DNA of 64,000 nt, from the NCBI GenBank assembly GCA_949287225.1, contig CASEFP010000033.1, positions 9,689 through 73,688 of the forward strand, read 5' to 3'. Both the position numbers and the translations under genes were made by a program. Under the pieces are notes generated by a model that saw only the letters and a program-made list of their open reading frames with translations, did no database searches and was not told where the DNA came from. Position 1 is the stretch's first letter, and each line of letters opens with the position of its first letter. The stretch is from an uncultured Lentisphaeria bacterium. GTDB lineage: Bacteria; Verrucomicrobiota; Lentisphaeria; Victivallales; UBA1829. Positions 41,822 through 50,788 of this stretch are shown here, one piece after another.

Positions 41822-44466
41822 TTTTTACGTCTCCACCTGGAAAAACGGAGGAATGACCAGACGAGTCCGGCAAGCACCACAAGGCCCGGAACGGCAAGAA
41901 GGTTGATGACCCGCAGGACCGTGTCGATCCTGTTCATGTCCGCCCGGAGCTGCCTGCGGACCTCCTTGAGTTCCCGCCGGACCTGCGAATGGCGGAAGGA
42001 GTAATCCTGCAGTTCCTTCTTCTGCGCTTCGGTCAATGCCGTTTTCGCGCCGGAACTCATCTGGGCGCGGATTGAGTGCACCTTATCCTGCGATTCGCGC
42101 AGATCGCGTTCCAGTGCGAGAATGCGCGATTTGTAGGCAAGTTCCGCGCGCGCCTTGATTTCATTGATCTTTGTCAGCGGACGGCTCATCGGGACACGGT
42201 TGCGGATGCGCGAGAGCCAGCCGCCGGCACTGGTCATCTGTTCGACGATTCCCTCCAGAAGAGCGATGTTGTCGTTGATGCGGACGATGCTGGTCTGCCC
42301 GTAGGCGGAGCGCACCGAGCGCACGCAGAGATCGTTGAACAGCATGTCGCTGTCGCAGAACAGAAAGACTTCGCCGTCCGCTTCGGCAGTATTCATATGC
42401 TTCTCCTCGGAGACGATCGGCGATCCGTTCGGATACGCGCTCGGGAAACGTCCGCTCAGGCGGACGGCAAGCGGAATCCTCTCTCCGGAAGCCTTGAAGT
42501 TTTTGATGATCAGTTCAGGCCGTTCCGCCACGTAGGCGCTGACCATCTGCGAGTCGTTCGAGGTGGAAAGAAGCGTTTCCGCCTTTACGCCGGTCGGCGG
42601 AGAGAGCGTCATCCCGCCGGAGAACCAGAGCTCCAGCGCGTTCAGGGAGGCCGTCAGCGGCAGTTCGCGCGAGATTGCCTCTCCGGAGAGATTCATCGCA
42701 ACCGGATTGGAGATGATGCGCTCCGGCAGAACCTTCCGGTAGGAGTAGATCATGTCCGCCGCGACCAGGTTCGGATTGAACGAGACGCCCCATGCCTTGG
42801 TCAGAGCGTCCAGCGACGAGGTGATCCGCTCCATGTAGCTGTAATCGCTCTTGAGTTTGATCATTGCGTAGAATGAGCGGGGATCGAGGAATACGGCCAT
42901 CCTGCCGCCCTTCATCAGATACTGGTCGAGGGCATAGACGCTTCGTTCCGGAATCCCGGATGGATGAATGACCAGAAGCGCGTCTACATTTTCAATGACG
43001 GCTGTGTCGAGCGGAACTTTCACCACATTGTAATTGCGCGAAAGCTCGTTTACGATATACCATGGCTGTGCAAAGACTGCCGGCTTGTCCTTGTCATACT
43101 GCTTCAAGCTCGGATTGAGCGGTGTCCCTGTGACCGGGAGTGCGCTCATGATTCCAATGGTCGGGCGCTTTTCCGCACTTACGCTCAGAATCGCGCGGAT
43201 CACCTCATATTCCAGCAGATTCTCCTGCTGAAGATCCAGCTGCGGCAGTGCGATACAGCGGTCGGCGTTGGAAATGGAGAGTCCGAGATAGAAACGGTCT
43301 CCGGTATTGATCTGAAACGGTTTGAGTCCCTCGAGAAACGCCGCCTCCTCGTCCTCCGAATCCGGTTCGGGATCCAGCACGTGCAGCGTCAGTTTCCCCT
43401 GCGATGCCGCGCAGAGATCGCCGAGGAGCCATTCCACGCGTTCCGCGTATTTCTTCATGGCTTCGGGCATGCGCGGACTCGTGCGCGACGCGTAGAAGCG
43501 CAAGGATGCCGAGGCTTTGAGCGAGGAGGCGAACTTCTTTGCTTCTTCCGAAAGCGAATACGCCCCGTCGGAACTCATGTCGTGACGCATCTGGAAGGTC
43601 GCGCCGATCAGGTTCAGGCAGATCACTGCATAGAAAGCCAGCAGCACCCGGAGCGCCAGACGGCGGAACGCCTGTTTCGTCGAAGCTTCACGCAGCGCGC
43701 CCGGCGCAAAGATATTGCCTGTCCCCGCTGCTGCGAATTCCAGCGAGAAAGTCGTCAGGCAGAGGAAAAGTCCGGTCAGCGTGACGCAGTAAACCACGTC
43801 CGCGGAGTCGATGAACCCGCGCTGAAATGCCAGATAATGCGGCAGAAACGCCAGATACGAAAGAACCGAAACCAGAGTCTCCGGCAGAAACATCAGCGCC
43901 ATGTCCAGCACGACGGGAAGCCCGATTGTCAGGAATGCGGCGCAGATCACTAGGGAAAAAAGGAAGCTTGCCGTCTGACTTTTCGAGAGCGCCGAACAGA
44001 AGCACGAGATCGAAAGAAAGACCGCTCCGAGCAGAATCGCGCCGAGATACCCGCAGAGGATCGCCCCTGTGTCGGGCCGCCCGAGATAGAGCGCCGTCAG
44101 CGGAACGGACGCCGTCAGGAGCAGCGCGATCAGAAGCAGCGTCATTCCCGCGAGGAACTTTCCCGCGACCAGCTCCCACATCGCCGCCGGAAACGAAAGC
44201 GACAATTCAAAGGATCCGGTTTTGCGCTCCTCCGACCACAACGGCATCCCCAGCGCCGGAATGATGAACAGAAACAGCCACGGGAACCACTCGAAGAGCG
44301 GCGAGAGATCCGCCTGCCCGTAGGAGAACAGCCCGCTCATGACGAAGGTCAGAAATGCCGAAAGCACAAGAAAAATAACGAGGAACACCCACGCGGCGGG
44401 GGAAGCGGCTTCCGCGAAGAACTCCCGCTGCCAGACGGCGCGGATTTTTTTCAGGCTGAACATCAT
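41818..44466 (-). CDS. ABC-2 permease (GldF-like) fused to GldG-like auxiliary domain
   Basis: 882 aa. Residues 1 to about 250 form a six-TM ABC-2 permease ('WSEERKTGSFELSLSFP'). The remainder is a large extracytoplasmic GldG/ABC_transp_aux-like domain ending in a coiled coil and a C-terminal TM. The start overlaps the ATPase stop (44463-44466). Confidence 0.7.
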   Translation of the reverse strand: MMFSLKKIRAVWQREFFAEAASPAAWVFLVIFLVLSAFLTFVMSGLFSYGQADLSPLFEWFPWLFLFIIPALGMPLWSEERKTGSFELSLSFPAAMWELVAGKFLAGMTLLLIALLLTASVPLTALYLGRPDTGAILCGYLGAILLGAVFLSISCFCSALSKSQTASFLFSLVICAAFLTIGLPVVLDMALMFLPETLVSVLSYLAFLPHYLAFQRGFIDSADVVYCVTLTGLFLCLTTFSLEFAAAGTGNIFAPGALREASTKQAFRRLALRVLLAFYAVICLNLIGATFQMRHDMSSDGAYSLSEEAKKFASSLKASASLRFYASRTSPRMPEAMKKYAERVEWLLGDLCAASQGKLTLHVLDPEPDSEDEEAAFLEGLKPFQINTGDRFYLGLSISNADRCIALPQLDLQQENLLEYEVIRAILSVSAEKRPTIGIMSALPVTGTPLNPSLKQYDKDKPAVFAQPWYIVNELSRNYNVVKVPLDTAVIENVDALLVIHPSGIPERSVYALDQYLMKGGRMAVFLDPRSFYAMIKLKSDYSYMERITSSLDALTKAWGVSFNPNLVAADMIYSYRKVLPERIISNPVAMNLSGEAISRELPLTASLNALELWFSGGMTLSPPTGVKAETLLSTSNDSQMVSAYVAERPELIIKNFKASGERIPLAVRLSGRFPSAYPNGSPIVSEEKHMNTAEADGEVFLFCDSDMLFNDLCVRSVRSAYGQTSIVRINDNIALLEGIVEQMTSAGGWLSRIRNRVPMSRPLTKINEIKARAELAYKSRILALERDLRESQDKVHSIRAQMSSGAKTALTEAQKKELQDYSFRHSQVRRELKEVRRQLRADMNRIDTVLRVINLLAVPGLVVLAGLVWSFLRFSRWRRKK

Positions 44467-45191
44467 GAGTCCGCCCCTCCGCCGGAGAGAAGAGCGAACA
44501 CGTCGTCGAGACGGCCGGAAGGCGCCAGCGCCCGGAATTCGGAGACCGTCCCGTCAAAGACCTTCCGTCCTGCGCAGATCGTCAGCACCCGGTCGCAGAC
44601 GGCGTCCACCTCCTCCAGAATGTGCGTGGATACAATGATTGCGCTGTGTTCGCGCATTGCCCGGATCAGGGCGCGGATTTCGCGCTTCTGGTTCGGATCG
44701 AGTCCGTCGGTCGGTTCGTCCATCACGAGCACGCCGGGCTCATGCAGAATCGCCTGCGCAAGACAGACCCGGCGGCGGAATCCCTTCGACAGCGACTCGA
44801 TCTCCTCGGCTTCCACGGATTCCAGCGCGCATTTTGCGCTTGCCGCTCCGACCGCCGCGCGCAGTTTTTTCCCGGAGAGTCCGCGCATTCTTCCGCAGTA
44901 GGTCAGGAAGGCATGCACGGTCATGTTTCCATGAAGCGGCGCGTTTTCGGGGAGATACCCGATCTTCTGTTTCGCTTCGACCAGATTGCCGAGAATGCTT
45001 TTCCCGTCGATGCGCACGTCGCCGGACGAGGGCGGCATGATCCCGCAGAGCATCCGCATTGTGGTGGTCTTGCCCGCGCCGTTGGGGCCGATGAAGCCGA
45101 GCACACTGTGTTCTTCCAGCGAGAAACTCAGATCCTCCACGGATTTTTTGTTTCCGTAGTATTTGCACAGATGTTCGGCGGAAAGATTCAT
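44463..45191 (-). CDS. ABC transporter ATP-binding protein (GldA-like)
   Basis: 242 aa. Walker A 'GPNGAGKTT', signature 'LSKGFRRRV', Walker B 'LVMDEPTDGLD', H-loop 'VSTHIL'. Confidence 0.9.
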   Translation of the reverse strand: MNLSAEHLCKYYGNKKSVEDLSFSLEEHSVLGFIGPNGAGKTTTMRMLCGIMPPSSGDVRIDGKSILGNLVEAKQKIGYLPENAPLHGNMTVHAFLTYCGRMRGLSGKKLRAAVGAASAKCALESVEAEEIESLSKGFRRRVCLAQAILHEPGVLVMDEPTDGLDPNQKREIRALIRAMREHSAIIVSTHILEEVDAVCDRVLTICAGRKVFDGTVSEFRALAPSGRLDDVFALLSGGGADS

Positions 45192-45259
45192 GGTTTCACC
45201 GTAAAAAACGTCTCAATCGCGACTGTTGGACAGGGGATTTCCTGTGGAGGTTCCCTTTT

Positions 45260-46240
45260 TCAGCGGGAATCCCGGGCGATTTCCCGTTCATTGAAGAGCG
45301 CCATTGCCCAGAGCGTCCAGAATCCGATGTAGAAGAACACATACACAAGCGCCCAGAGCAGATAGGAGAATGGGATGATCTGCCGACTAGCCAGCGCGTC
45401 CGCCATCCAGAAATACTGCCAGTTCGGGAGCAGAGTCCGCACGAAGTCCGCTAAGAGTCCTGTTCCGAGCCATTGCGTCACAAAGTATTTGGACACCAGC
45501 CCGAGCAGGAAGATCACCGAGCAGACCGTCAGGTTGGAGACCAGCTCAAGCCGTGTGGAGAGCGCCGTCGCAATCGACCCCATCGTCCAGACCGCGGGGA
45601 AGAGAAGCAGAAGCGCGGGAATCAGATGCTTCGCCTCGATGAACTCTTCCGGGTCGATCATTTCCGGTGAGTGGAAACTGCTGACGCGGACAAAGTAGAA
45701 AATCGCCGCCAGAACCGGGATCAGGATCAATAACGCGACCAGGGCGTTTGCCGTGAAACTGGTCCTGCTGAAGAAGTTGCGCAGCGCCCCGTAGACGGCG
45801 GCAAGAGCGATCGCCGCGTAGTAGAGCGACATCGCCGTGTAGTCCAGCCGGAACTGGTCCTTGGCGATCAGAACCGACATCAGCGACGAGGCGTCGCAGA
45901 GGAATACGAATACCGTGACCGCCGCCAGAATGCCGAGAATCTTGCCGAGCACGAACGAGGCGCGCGTCACCGGCTTGGACATCAGAAGGAGAACCGTTCC
46001 GTTCTTCATTTCGCGGCTGATCGTGTGCGCCGCGCAGACCACCGCCACGACGAGGCTGAATACCAGCGTCGTCGCCATCGAACTGTCCACGACCAGCTTG
46101 ATCTGTTCGCGGAACACGAACATCGCCGCCGTCGGAAAGAGTCCGATCATGATCATTGCGCACGCGAGCATCAGGAAATAGATCGGCTCGCGGATGCACT
46201 CGATAAAGGTGTTTCTGGCCAGTTTGTAGATAATCAGCAT
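45260..46240 (-). CDS. ABC-2-type permease-like membrane protein
   Basis: 326 aa with 7-8 TM helices. 'ISREMKNGTVLLLMSKPVTRASFVLGKILG' is typical of NosY/ABC-2 permeases. Confidence 0.65.
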   Translation of the reverse strand: MLIIYKLARNTFIECIREPIYFLMLACAMIMIGLFPTAAMFVFREQIKLVVDSSMATTLVFSLVVAVVCAAHTISREMKNGTVLLLMSKPVTRASFVLGKILGILAAVTVFVFLCDASSLMSVLIAKDQFRLDYTAMSLYYAAIALAAVYGALRNFFSRTSFTANALVALLILIPVLAAIFYFVRVSSFHSPEMIDPEEFIEAKHLIPALLLLFPAVWTMGSIATALSTRLELVSNLTVCSVIFLLGLVSKYFVTQWLGTGLLADFVRTLLPNWQYFWMADALASRQIIPFSYLLWALVYVFFYIGFWTLWAMALFNEREIARDSR

Positions 46241-46265
46241 CGTGCGTTTCTCCGTTGGAGTTGTT

Positions 46266-46994
46266 TCATTTCTTACCCTGTGCCGGGGCGGCCTGGAATT
46301 CCGCGCGGAACTTCTGAAGCATTGAACGGTCCATCAGGAGGTTGCCGAGGACGATCGCATTGATGTTCCAGTTCAGGTCCTCGATCTCGGCACGTTCCGT
46401 TTTCGCCCCGACGGCGAGGCGGTATTTCGCGGGAACCACTTCCGTGCCGCCCAGAAGAATGACCCGCTTCGGATTCACGAATGCGAGAAAACGCGAAAGT
46501 TCCGCTTCGGGAAGCTCGAACGCGTCCTCGATTTTCGGCGGATACACCATGATCTTCTGTTCCGGGGAATATTCCGTCGGCAGGAGGATGTACACCACAT
46601 GGGAATCGCGCCGCGCGATCTCGGCGAGTGTGGCGGGGGAGCGGTAATCCGCAGTCAGGATCAGATTCGGAATCCGTATTCCCTTTTTGTATTTCACATC
46701 ACCTGGTGTGGAAATCCGTTCCACCGTGACGGTTCCCGCCTGTTCCGTTTTCGCTTTCTGTGGGCAGCTCTTTGTTTCCGGCGCTTCTGCTTCCTGTGCC
46801 TTCGCCTCGTTTGGGACGGACGCGGTTTCTTTTTTACCGGTGGCTTCAGGTTTGGCCTGTTCCTGCTGCGGAGGCATTTTCAACTCATTTTTCAGAGGTG
46901 CGGCTTTGGGGGCGGATGTTTCATGTGTGATTTCCTCCGAAAAAACGGAAAAACTGAAAAACAGCGTCAGGAGCAGAAAAAAAGCAGCTTTCAT
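46266..46994 (-). CDS. Secreted protein with a Lys/Glu/Ala/Pro-rich linker and C-terminal globular domain (unknown function)
   Basis: 242 aa. Signal peptide 'MKAAFFLLLTLFFSFSVFSEE', then a roughly 75-aa low-complexity acidic/basic linker. The C-terminal domain ('VILLGGTEVVPAKY') is vaguely CWB2-like. It is the first gene of the ABC operon. Confidence 0.6.
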   Translation of the reverse strand: MKAAFFLLLTLFFSFSVFSEEITHETSAPKAAPLKNELKMPPQQEQAKPEATGKKETASVPNEAKAQEAEAPETKSCPQKAKTEQAGTVTVERISTPGDVKYKKGIRIPNLILTADYRSPATLAEIARRDSHVVYILLPTEYSPEQKIMVYPPKIEDAFELPEAELSRFLAFVNPKRVILLGGTEVVPAKYRLAVGAKTERAEIEDLNWNINAIVLGNLLMDRSMLQKFRAEFQAAPAQGKK

Positions 46995-47087
46995 TTTTTA
47001 AATATCCTGTTATTGAAATTTGACTTTTTTAATAGACCATATATTCTATGTCATGTTTTAAGGAAAATCAAATAGAAAGCGGCACGA

Positions 47088-47978
47088 ATGGTCAATGTTT
47101 TTTTAAAAGATTCGTCAAAAAGGCCCTCGGCGGCCATTTTTCTAAGCGGAAGCGGCACCAATGCGGAAAAACTTCTGGAACACAGCCACCGTCTCGGGAG
47201 CCGGTCCTCGTGGCGTCCGGCGCTGATCGTGACGGACCGTCCGCGCACCAGCCGTGCCCGTGAAATCGCGGAGAAATACTCCCTGCCTCTTCTGGAGCAC
47301 GGCATTCTGGAATTCTACCGCGCACACGGTCTGGAGAAGGTCACGCTCGCGACGCCCGAAGCCTGCCGCGTCCGCGAACTCTGGACCGACGAACTCCGTG
47401 CGAAAATCGCGCCGCACCGGATCGACTTCGGACTGCTTGCCGGATTTGTCCCGCTCACCAACATCGTCGGCGATTTTCCCTGCCTGAACGTGCATCCCGG
47501 CGACCTGACAGTCCAGAAGGACGGGCGGCGTTATCTGGTCGGGCTTCACAGCGTCCCTGTCGAGCTGGCGATCCTTGCCGGACATACGACGCTCCGGAGC
47601 AGCGTGATTCTGGTGCAGCCTTATACCCCGGGCGCGTCCGAAATGGATTCCGGGCCGCTTCTTGGGATTTCCGAACCCTGTCCCGTCGATCTGATGGGGC
47701 ACACGCTGGACGAGCTCCGCGCCGTCTTTGCCGCACGGAAGAATGCGCACCTCCACGGCGCGAACAAGGATCTCCTTTCGGTGATTGCCGCGGAAAATCA
47801 GGCGCGTCTCAAGGAGCGCGGCGACTGGATCGTCTATCCGCAGGCCGCCGAGGATTTCGCGCGCGGCTGTTTCGGAAGGGATGAATACGGGCGCCTCTGC
47901 TGGCGCGAGGATCATGTTCACGCTTTCCAGTGCGTCCGGACTGTCGAATATGGAAGTGTAAGGAGGCTGATCGAATGA
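47088..47978 (+). CDS. Formyltransferase-family protein (PurN-like fold)
   Basis: 296 aa. Motifs: 'AIFLSGSGTNAEKLL', 'LLAGFVPL', 'LNVHPGDL' (cf. PurN N-I-H-P-S-L-L) and 'EMDSGPLL' (cf. D-G-G-P). Confidence 0.55.
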   Translation: MVNVFLKDSSKRPSAAIFLSGSGTNAEKLLEHSHRLGSRSSWRPALIVTDRPRTSRAREIAEKYSLPLLEHGILEFYRAHGLEKVTLATPEACRVRELWTDELRAKIAPHRIDFGLLAGFVPLTNIVGDFPCLNVHPGDLTVQKDGRRYLVGLHSVPVELAILAGHTTLRSSVILVQPYTPGASEMDSGPLLGISEPCPVDLMGHTLDELRAVFAARKNAHLHGANKDLLSVIAAENQARLKERGDWIVYPQAAEDFARGCFGRDEYGRLCWREDHVHAFQCVRTVEYGSVRRLIE

Positions 47979-50584
47979 ACAGCACGCCCGAACCGGAAAA
48001 GAATCCCGCTGCGGAGGCTGTTCCCGCGAAACGTTCCTTATGGAAACGCTTCTGGCGTGTCTGCCGGATCGTGATCTTTGTGCTTCCGCTGATTCTGCTT
48101 CTCCTGCCGGGCGTTCTGGAGCATGTCTCCAACTGGATTCTGAACCGTTATCTGGGAAATTCCCCGGTCTGCATGGAGATCCGCGAACTCGGGCTCCGGC
48201 GCGGAATGGTCAATGCGGTCGTCACGTTCCCGAAGGAGGGATCGTTTGCGCCGGGACAGGTGATGCATCTCGGCACGGTGGGAGTGACTTATGCGCCGCT
48301 CCGGCTCCTGAGCGGGACGCTGGACTCGATTTCGATCAGCAACGTGAATCTGCCGCTTGCTTTGCGCGACGGCAAACTGGAGTTTCCGCTTCTGGAACTC
48401 TTCCGCGGCGCGGCTTCTCCGGCAGAGAAAACCAATGCGGAGCCCGCGCCCGAAAACGCACCGTTTTTCAGCCTTCCCCTGCGCATCCGGGAACTCAATC
48501 TGAGCGGCAGTCTGATTTATCTCCAGGACAAGGAGTTCCTGATGATTCCCTTTACCGCCGCAGTGACGCAGTCGGGGAAACGCGGCTGGGCGAATGTCTC
48601 CTATCGCGCACAGCTTTATCTTTCCGGCACCAACCGCCTCGGGCTTTCCGGCGTCGCCGATCTGGAGAAGGGGGTCGTCTCCTGCCGCGCGGAGGGAACG
48701 GTGCGCCTTGAAAACCTGCCGCGGATTTTTGCCGACCGGCTCGGCACGGCGCAGAAGGCGGGGGGAGCGATCACCCTGAATGCCGACGGTCTTGCCGATT
48801 TGAAACACTCCCGTCTGGAAAAACTTGACGGCACGCTCAAGGTCGAGGATCTCGACTACACCTGGGCCGCATATACGGTTCAGGGGGGAGGCGAGGCGAA
48901 GTTCTCCTGGCGGAACGGAACCGCTGAGATTTCGTATGACGGCGATCTGCATACAGACATCGGCAGCATCTCCTGCGCGTTGAAGCAGTTTTCGCTTCGG
49001 AACGTGCTGAGGCGCGGCAAAGGCGTGAACGGGAGCTGCATCGTGAATGTCGGCGGCGCCCCCGGCGGGGATTTTTCGGGCACCTTTATTCTGCGGCACA
49101 ACCGTGACGGGGTCATGGAGTTCACCCTCCGCCCGCACGAAGGAAAAACTGCCGCGCAGGAGATTGTCTTCAACGGAATGAAGGCAGCCTTTCCCGCATT
49201 GAAACGATCGGAGAATTATCTGAAACTGGCGTTTACCGACGATGTGCATGTCTCCGGATTGTTCCGGTTTCCGGAAATTGCATTAACGGCGGGAGCGTTT
49301 ACGGCTTCGATGAAACAGTTCCGTCTGGAGCTCGGCGGCACGCCGCTGGCGCTCCAGGTCGGCATGACGCTGCCGGAGTTTATCCTTTCCGCGGGGGAAA
49401 ATGTGCCGCAGCTGTTGCTTGGAGACATTTCTCTTCAAGCTGATCTGGGGGGAACGAAAAACGGCAGTTTTGCGGTAAAGCGCATCCGCTGCGGTGAACA
49501 TGAGATCGGACATATCACGGGCACGCTTCAGCCGGACATGCGCAACGGGCTCTACGGACTCAAGGCGGAGATCGAGACGCTCGGCATCCGTTCCACGCTT
49601 GCGGCGTCGTTCCTTCAGACGGGCAGGGTTTTCGATGCGGCCTTCCGTATTCCGGAGCAGAATCTGGCCAAAGAGATTGACCTCGGGACATATGTGCCTG
49701 CGCTTCAGTCGTTTGTGCTTTCTTCGGCTACGTTCAAGGCGGACTGCGTCTACCGCTGGACGCCGGAGGGACACCGGGGCGGCGCGAAGCTCCAGCTTTC
49801 CAAAGTCAACGCCGTTTCCGAGGAGAAGAAATTCCGCCTGAGTGATGCGTCACTTCGTTTCACGCTCCCGAACCTGCCGGAACTGCAGAGCGGCGCCGGA
49901 CAGTTCTTCCGTTTCAAGGCGCTCCGGTTCGACAATCTGAATTTCGATTCGGCGAATGTGCTTTTCCGGATGGAATCGCCGACGGTCTGGCAGCTGGAGG
50001 GGGCGACATTCAACTGGTGCGGGGGTAAAATCCGCCTCGGTTCCGCCCGGATTGCGCCTGCGACGGAGCGTTTCAGTTCCATCATGTTCTGCGACCGGGT
50101 GCGGCTCGGTGCGCTGCTCGCCCAGTTCGGCATCGGATCGGACGCCGGGGACAATGCCGCGCTCAACGGCACGATTCCGGTTTCCGTCCGGCAGGGCAGA
50201 ATCATTTTCCGCAACGGTTTTCTCTATTCCACGCCCGGGGAAAAGGGTACGCTCAAACTGGTGCCGAATGCCACGGTGGACGCGCTGGGGCAGTCTTCCG
50301 TTGAGATGTCCTTTGCTCTTTCCGCGCTGAAAAACTTCCAGTATGACTGGGTCAAACTCACGATGAATACGGAGAATGACAATCTCAAGCTCAAGTTTCA
50401 GGTGGACGGCAGACCTGCCGCCGCGCTGCCTTTCTCCATTGACGCGGATTCGGGCCGGCCTGTCCGGACACAGGGATCCAACCGCTTCCAGGGAATTCCT
50501 CTGGATGTGAATGTCACGATTCCGCTTACAAAAACGCTGGAACTCTACCAGATGTTCAGCCAGATGTTCGGGAAAGGCAAATAA
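47975..50584 (+). CDS. Large membrane-anchored beta-rich protein, YdbH/AsmA-like (tentative)
   Basis: 869 aa from 'MNSTPEPEK'. Single N-terminal TM 'VCRIVIFVLPLILLLLPGVL', followed by about 830 aa of repetitive beta-strand-like sequence. The C-terminal 'NGTIPVSVRQGRIIFRNGFLYSTPGEKGTLKL' is reminiscent of the YdbH family. The start overlaps the upstream stop (ATGA at 47975-47978). Confidence 0.45.
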   Translation: MNSTPEPEKNPAAEAVPAKRSLWKRFWRVCRIVIFVLPLILLLLPGVLEHVSNWILNRYLGNSPVCMEIRELGLRRGMVNAVVTFPKEGSFAPGQVMHLGTVGVTYAPLRLLSGTLDSISISNVNLPLALRDGKLEFPLLELFRGAASPAEKTNAEPAPENAPFFSLPLRIRELNLSGSLIYLQDKEFLMIPFTAAVTQSGKRGWANVSYRAQLYLSGTNRLGLSGVADLEKGVVSCRAEGTVRLENLPRIFADRLGTAQKAGGAITLNADGLADLKHSRLEKLDGTLKVEDLDYTWAAYTVQGGGEAKFSWRNGTAEISYDGDLHTDIGSISCALKQFSLRNVLRRGKGVNGSCIVNVGGAPGGDFSGTFILRHNRDGVMEFTLRPHEGKTAAQEIVFNGMKAAFPALKRSENYLKLAFTDDVHVSGLFRFPEIALTAGAFTASMKQFRLELGGTPLALQVGMTLPEFILSAGENVPQLLLGDISLQADLGGTKNGSFAVKRIRCGEHEIGHITGTLQPDMRNGLYGLKAEIETLGIRSTLAASFLQTGRVFDAAFRIPEQNLAKEIDLGTYVPALQSFVLSSATFKADCVYRWTPEGHRGGAKLQLSKVNAVSEEKKFRLSDASLRFTLPNLPELQSGAGQFFRFKALRFDNLNFDSANVLFRMESPTVWQLEGATFNWCGGKIRLGSARIAPATERFSSIMFCDRVRLGALLAQFGIGSDAGDNAALNGTIPVSVRQGRIIFRNGFLYSTPGEKGTLKLVPNATVDALGQSSVEMSFALSALKNFQYDWVKLTMNTENDNLKLKFQVDGRPAAALPFSIDADSGRPVRTQGSNRFQGIPLDVNVTIPLTKTLELYQMFSQMFGKGK

Positions 50585-50588
50585 TGAA

Positions 50589-50613
50589 ACGGAAAAATGC
50601 CGTGGCATTTTTC
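50589..50613. repeat. 25-nt palindromic repeat, copy 1
   Basis: 'acggaaaaatgccgtggcatttttc' is identical to 50762-50786. It is itself a hairpin (GAAAAATGCC/GGCATTTTTC) with an A-run and a T-run. It begins 5 nt after the stop at 50584. Confidence 0.9.
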
Positions 50614-50761
50614 TCGGGGTCAAGGGTCTCTGACCCTTGCGCGATCCAGCTGCGTAAGCTGGTCGCGCGTAGCGCGAAATCCCCGCCCGGAGCGGTTCAG
50701 CCCGCTCAGTGACGAGAACTTTTCGTTAAGAAAAGTTCGAGAGCTCCGGGCGAGTTCCGAG

Positions 50762-50786
50762 ACGGAAAAATGCCGTGGCATTTTTC
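50762..50786. repeat. 25-nt palindromic repeat, copy 2
   Basis: Identical to 50589-50613. Here the palindrome extends to 12 bp (CGGAAAAATGCC/GGCATTTTTCCG). It ends 3 nt before the stop of the minus-strand gene at 50789. Confidence 0.9.
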
Positions 50787-50788
50787 CG

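Larger units (their letters stand above)
50589..50786. other. Hairpin-dense intergenic element (candidate structured ncRNA or MITE-like insert) bracketed by the two palindromes
   Basis: Perfect Watson-Crick stems: 50621-28/50632-39 (8 bp), 50646-50/50658-62 (5 bp, 7-nt loop), 50664-68/50672-76 (5 bp), 50691-95/50702-06 (5 bp) and 50716-24/50730-38 (9 bp). Two closing helices join them: 50615-19/50681-85 and 50685-90/50746-51. Confidence 0.5.

Noticed and set aside
50615-50685. 71-nt segment with three hairpins closed by a 5-bp helix, superficially like a cloverleaf or tRNA.
   Set aside because: It has no 7-bp acceptor stem and no T-loop (GTTCRANY) or D-loop consensus. Two loops are only 3 nt long, and the 7-nt loop lacks U33. 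It is therefore not a tRNA. I kept it as part of the structured-element finding instead.
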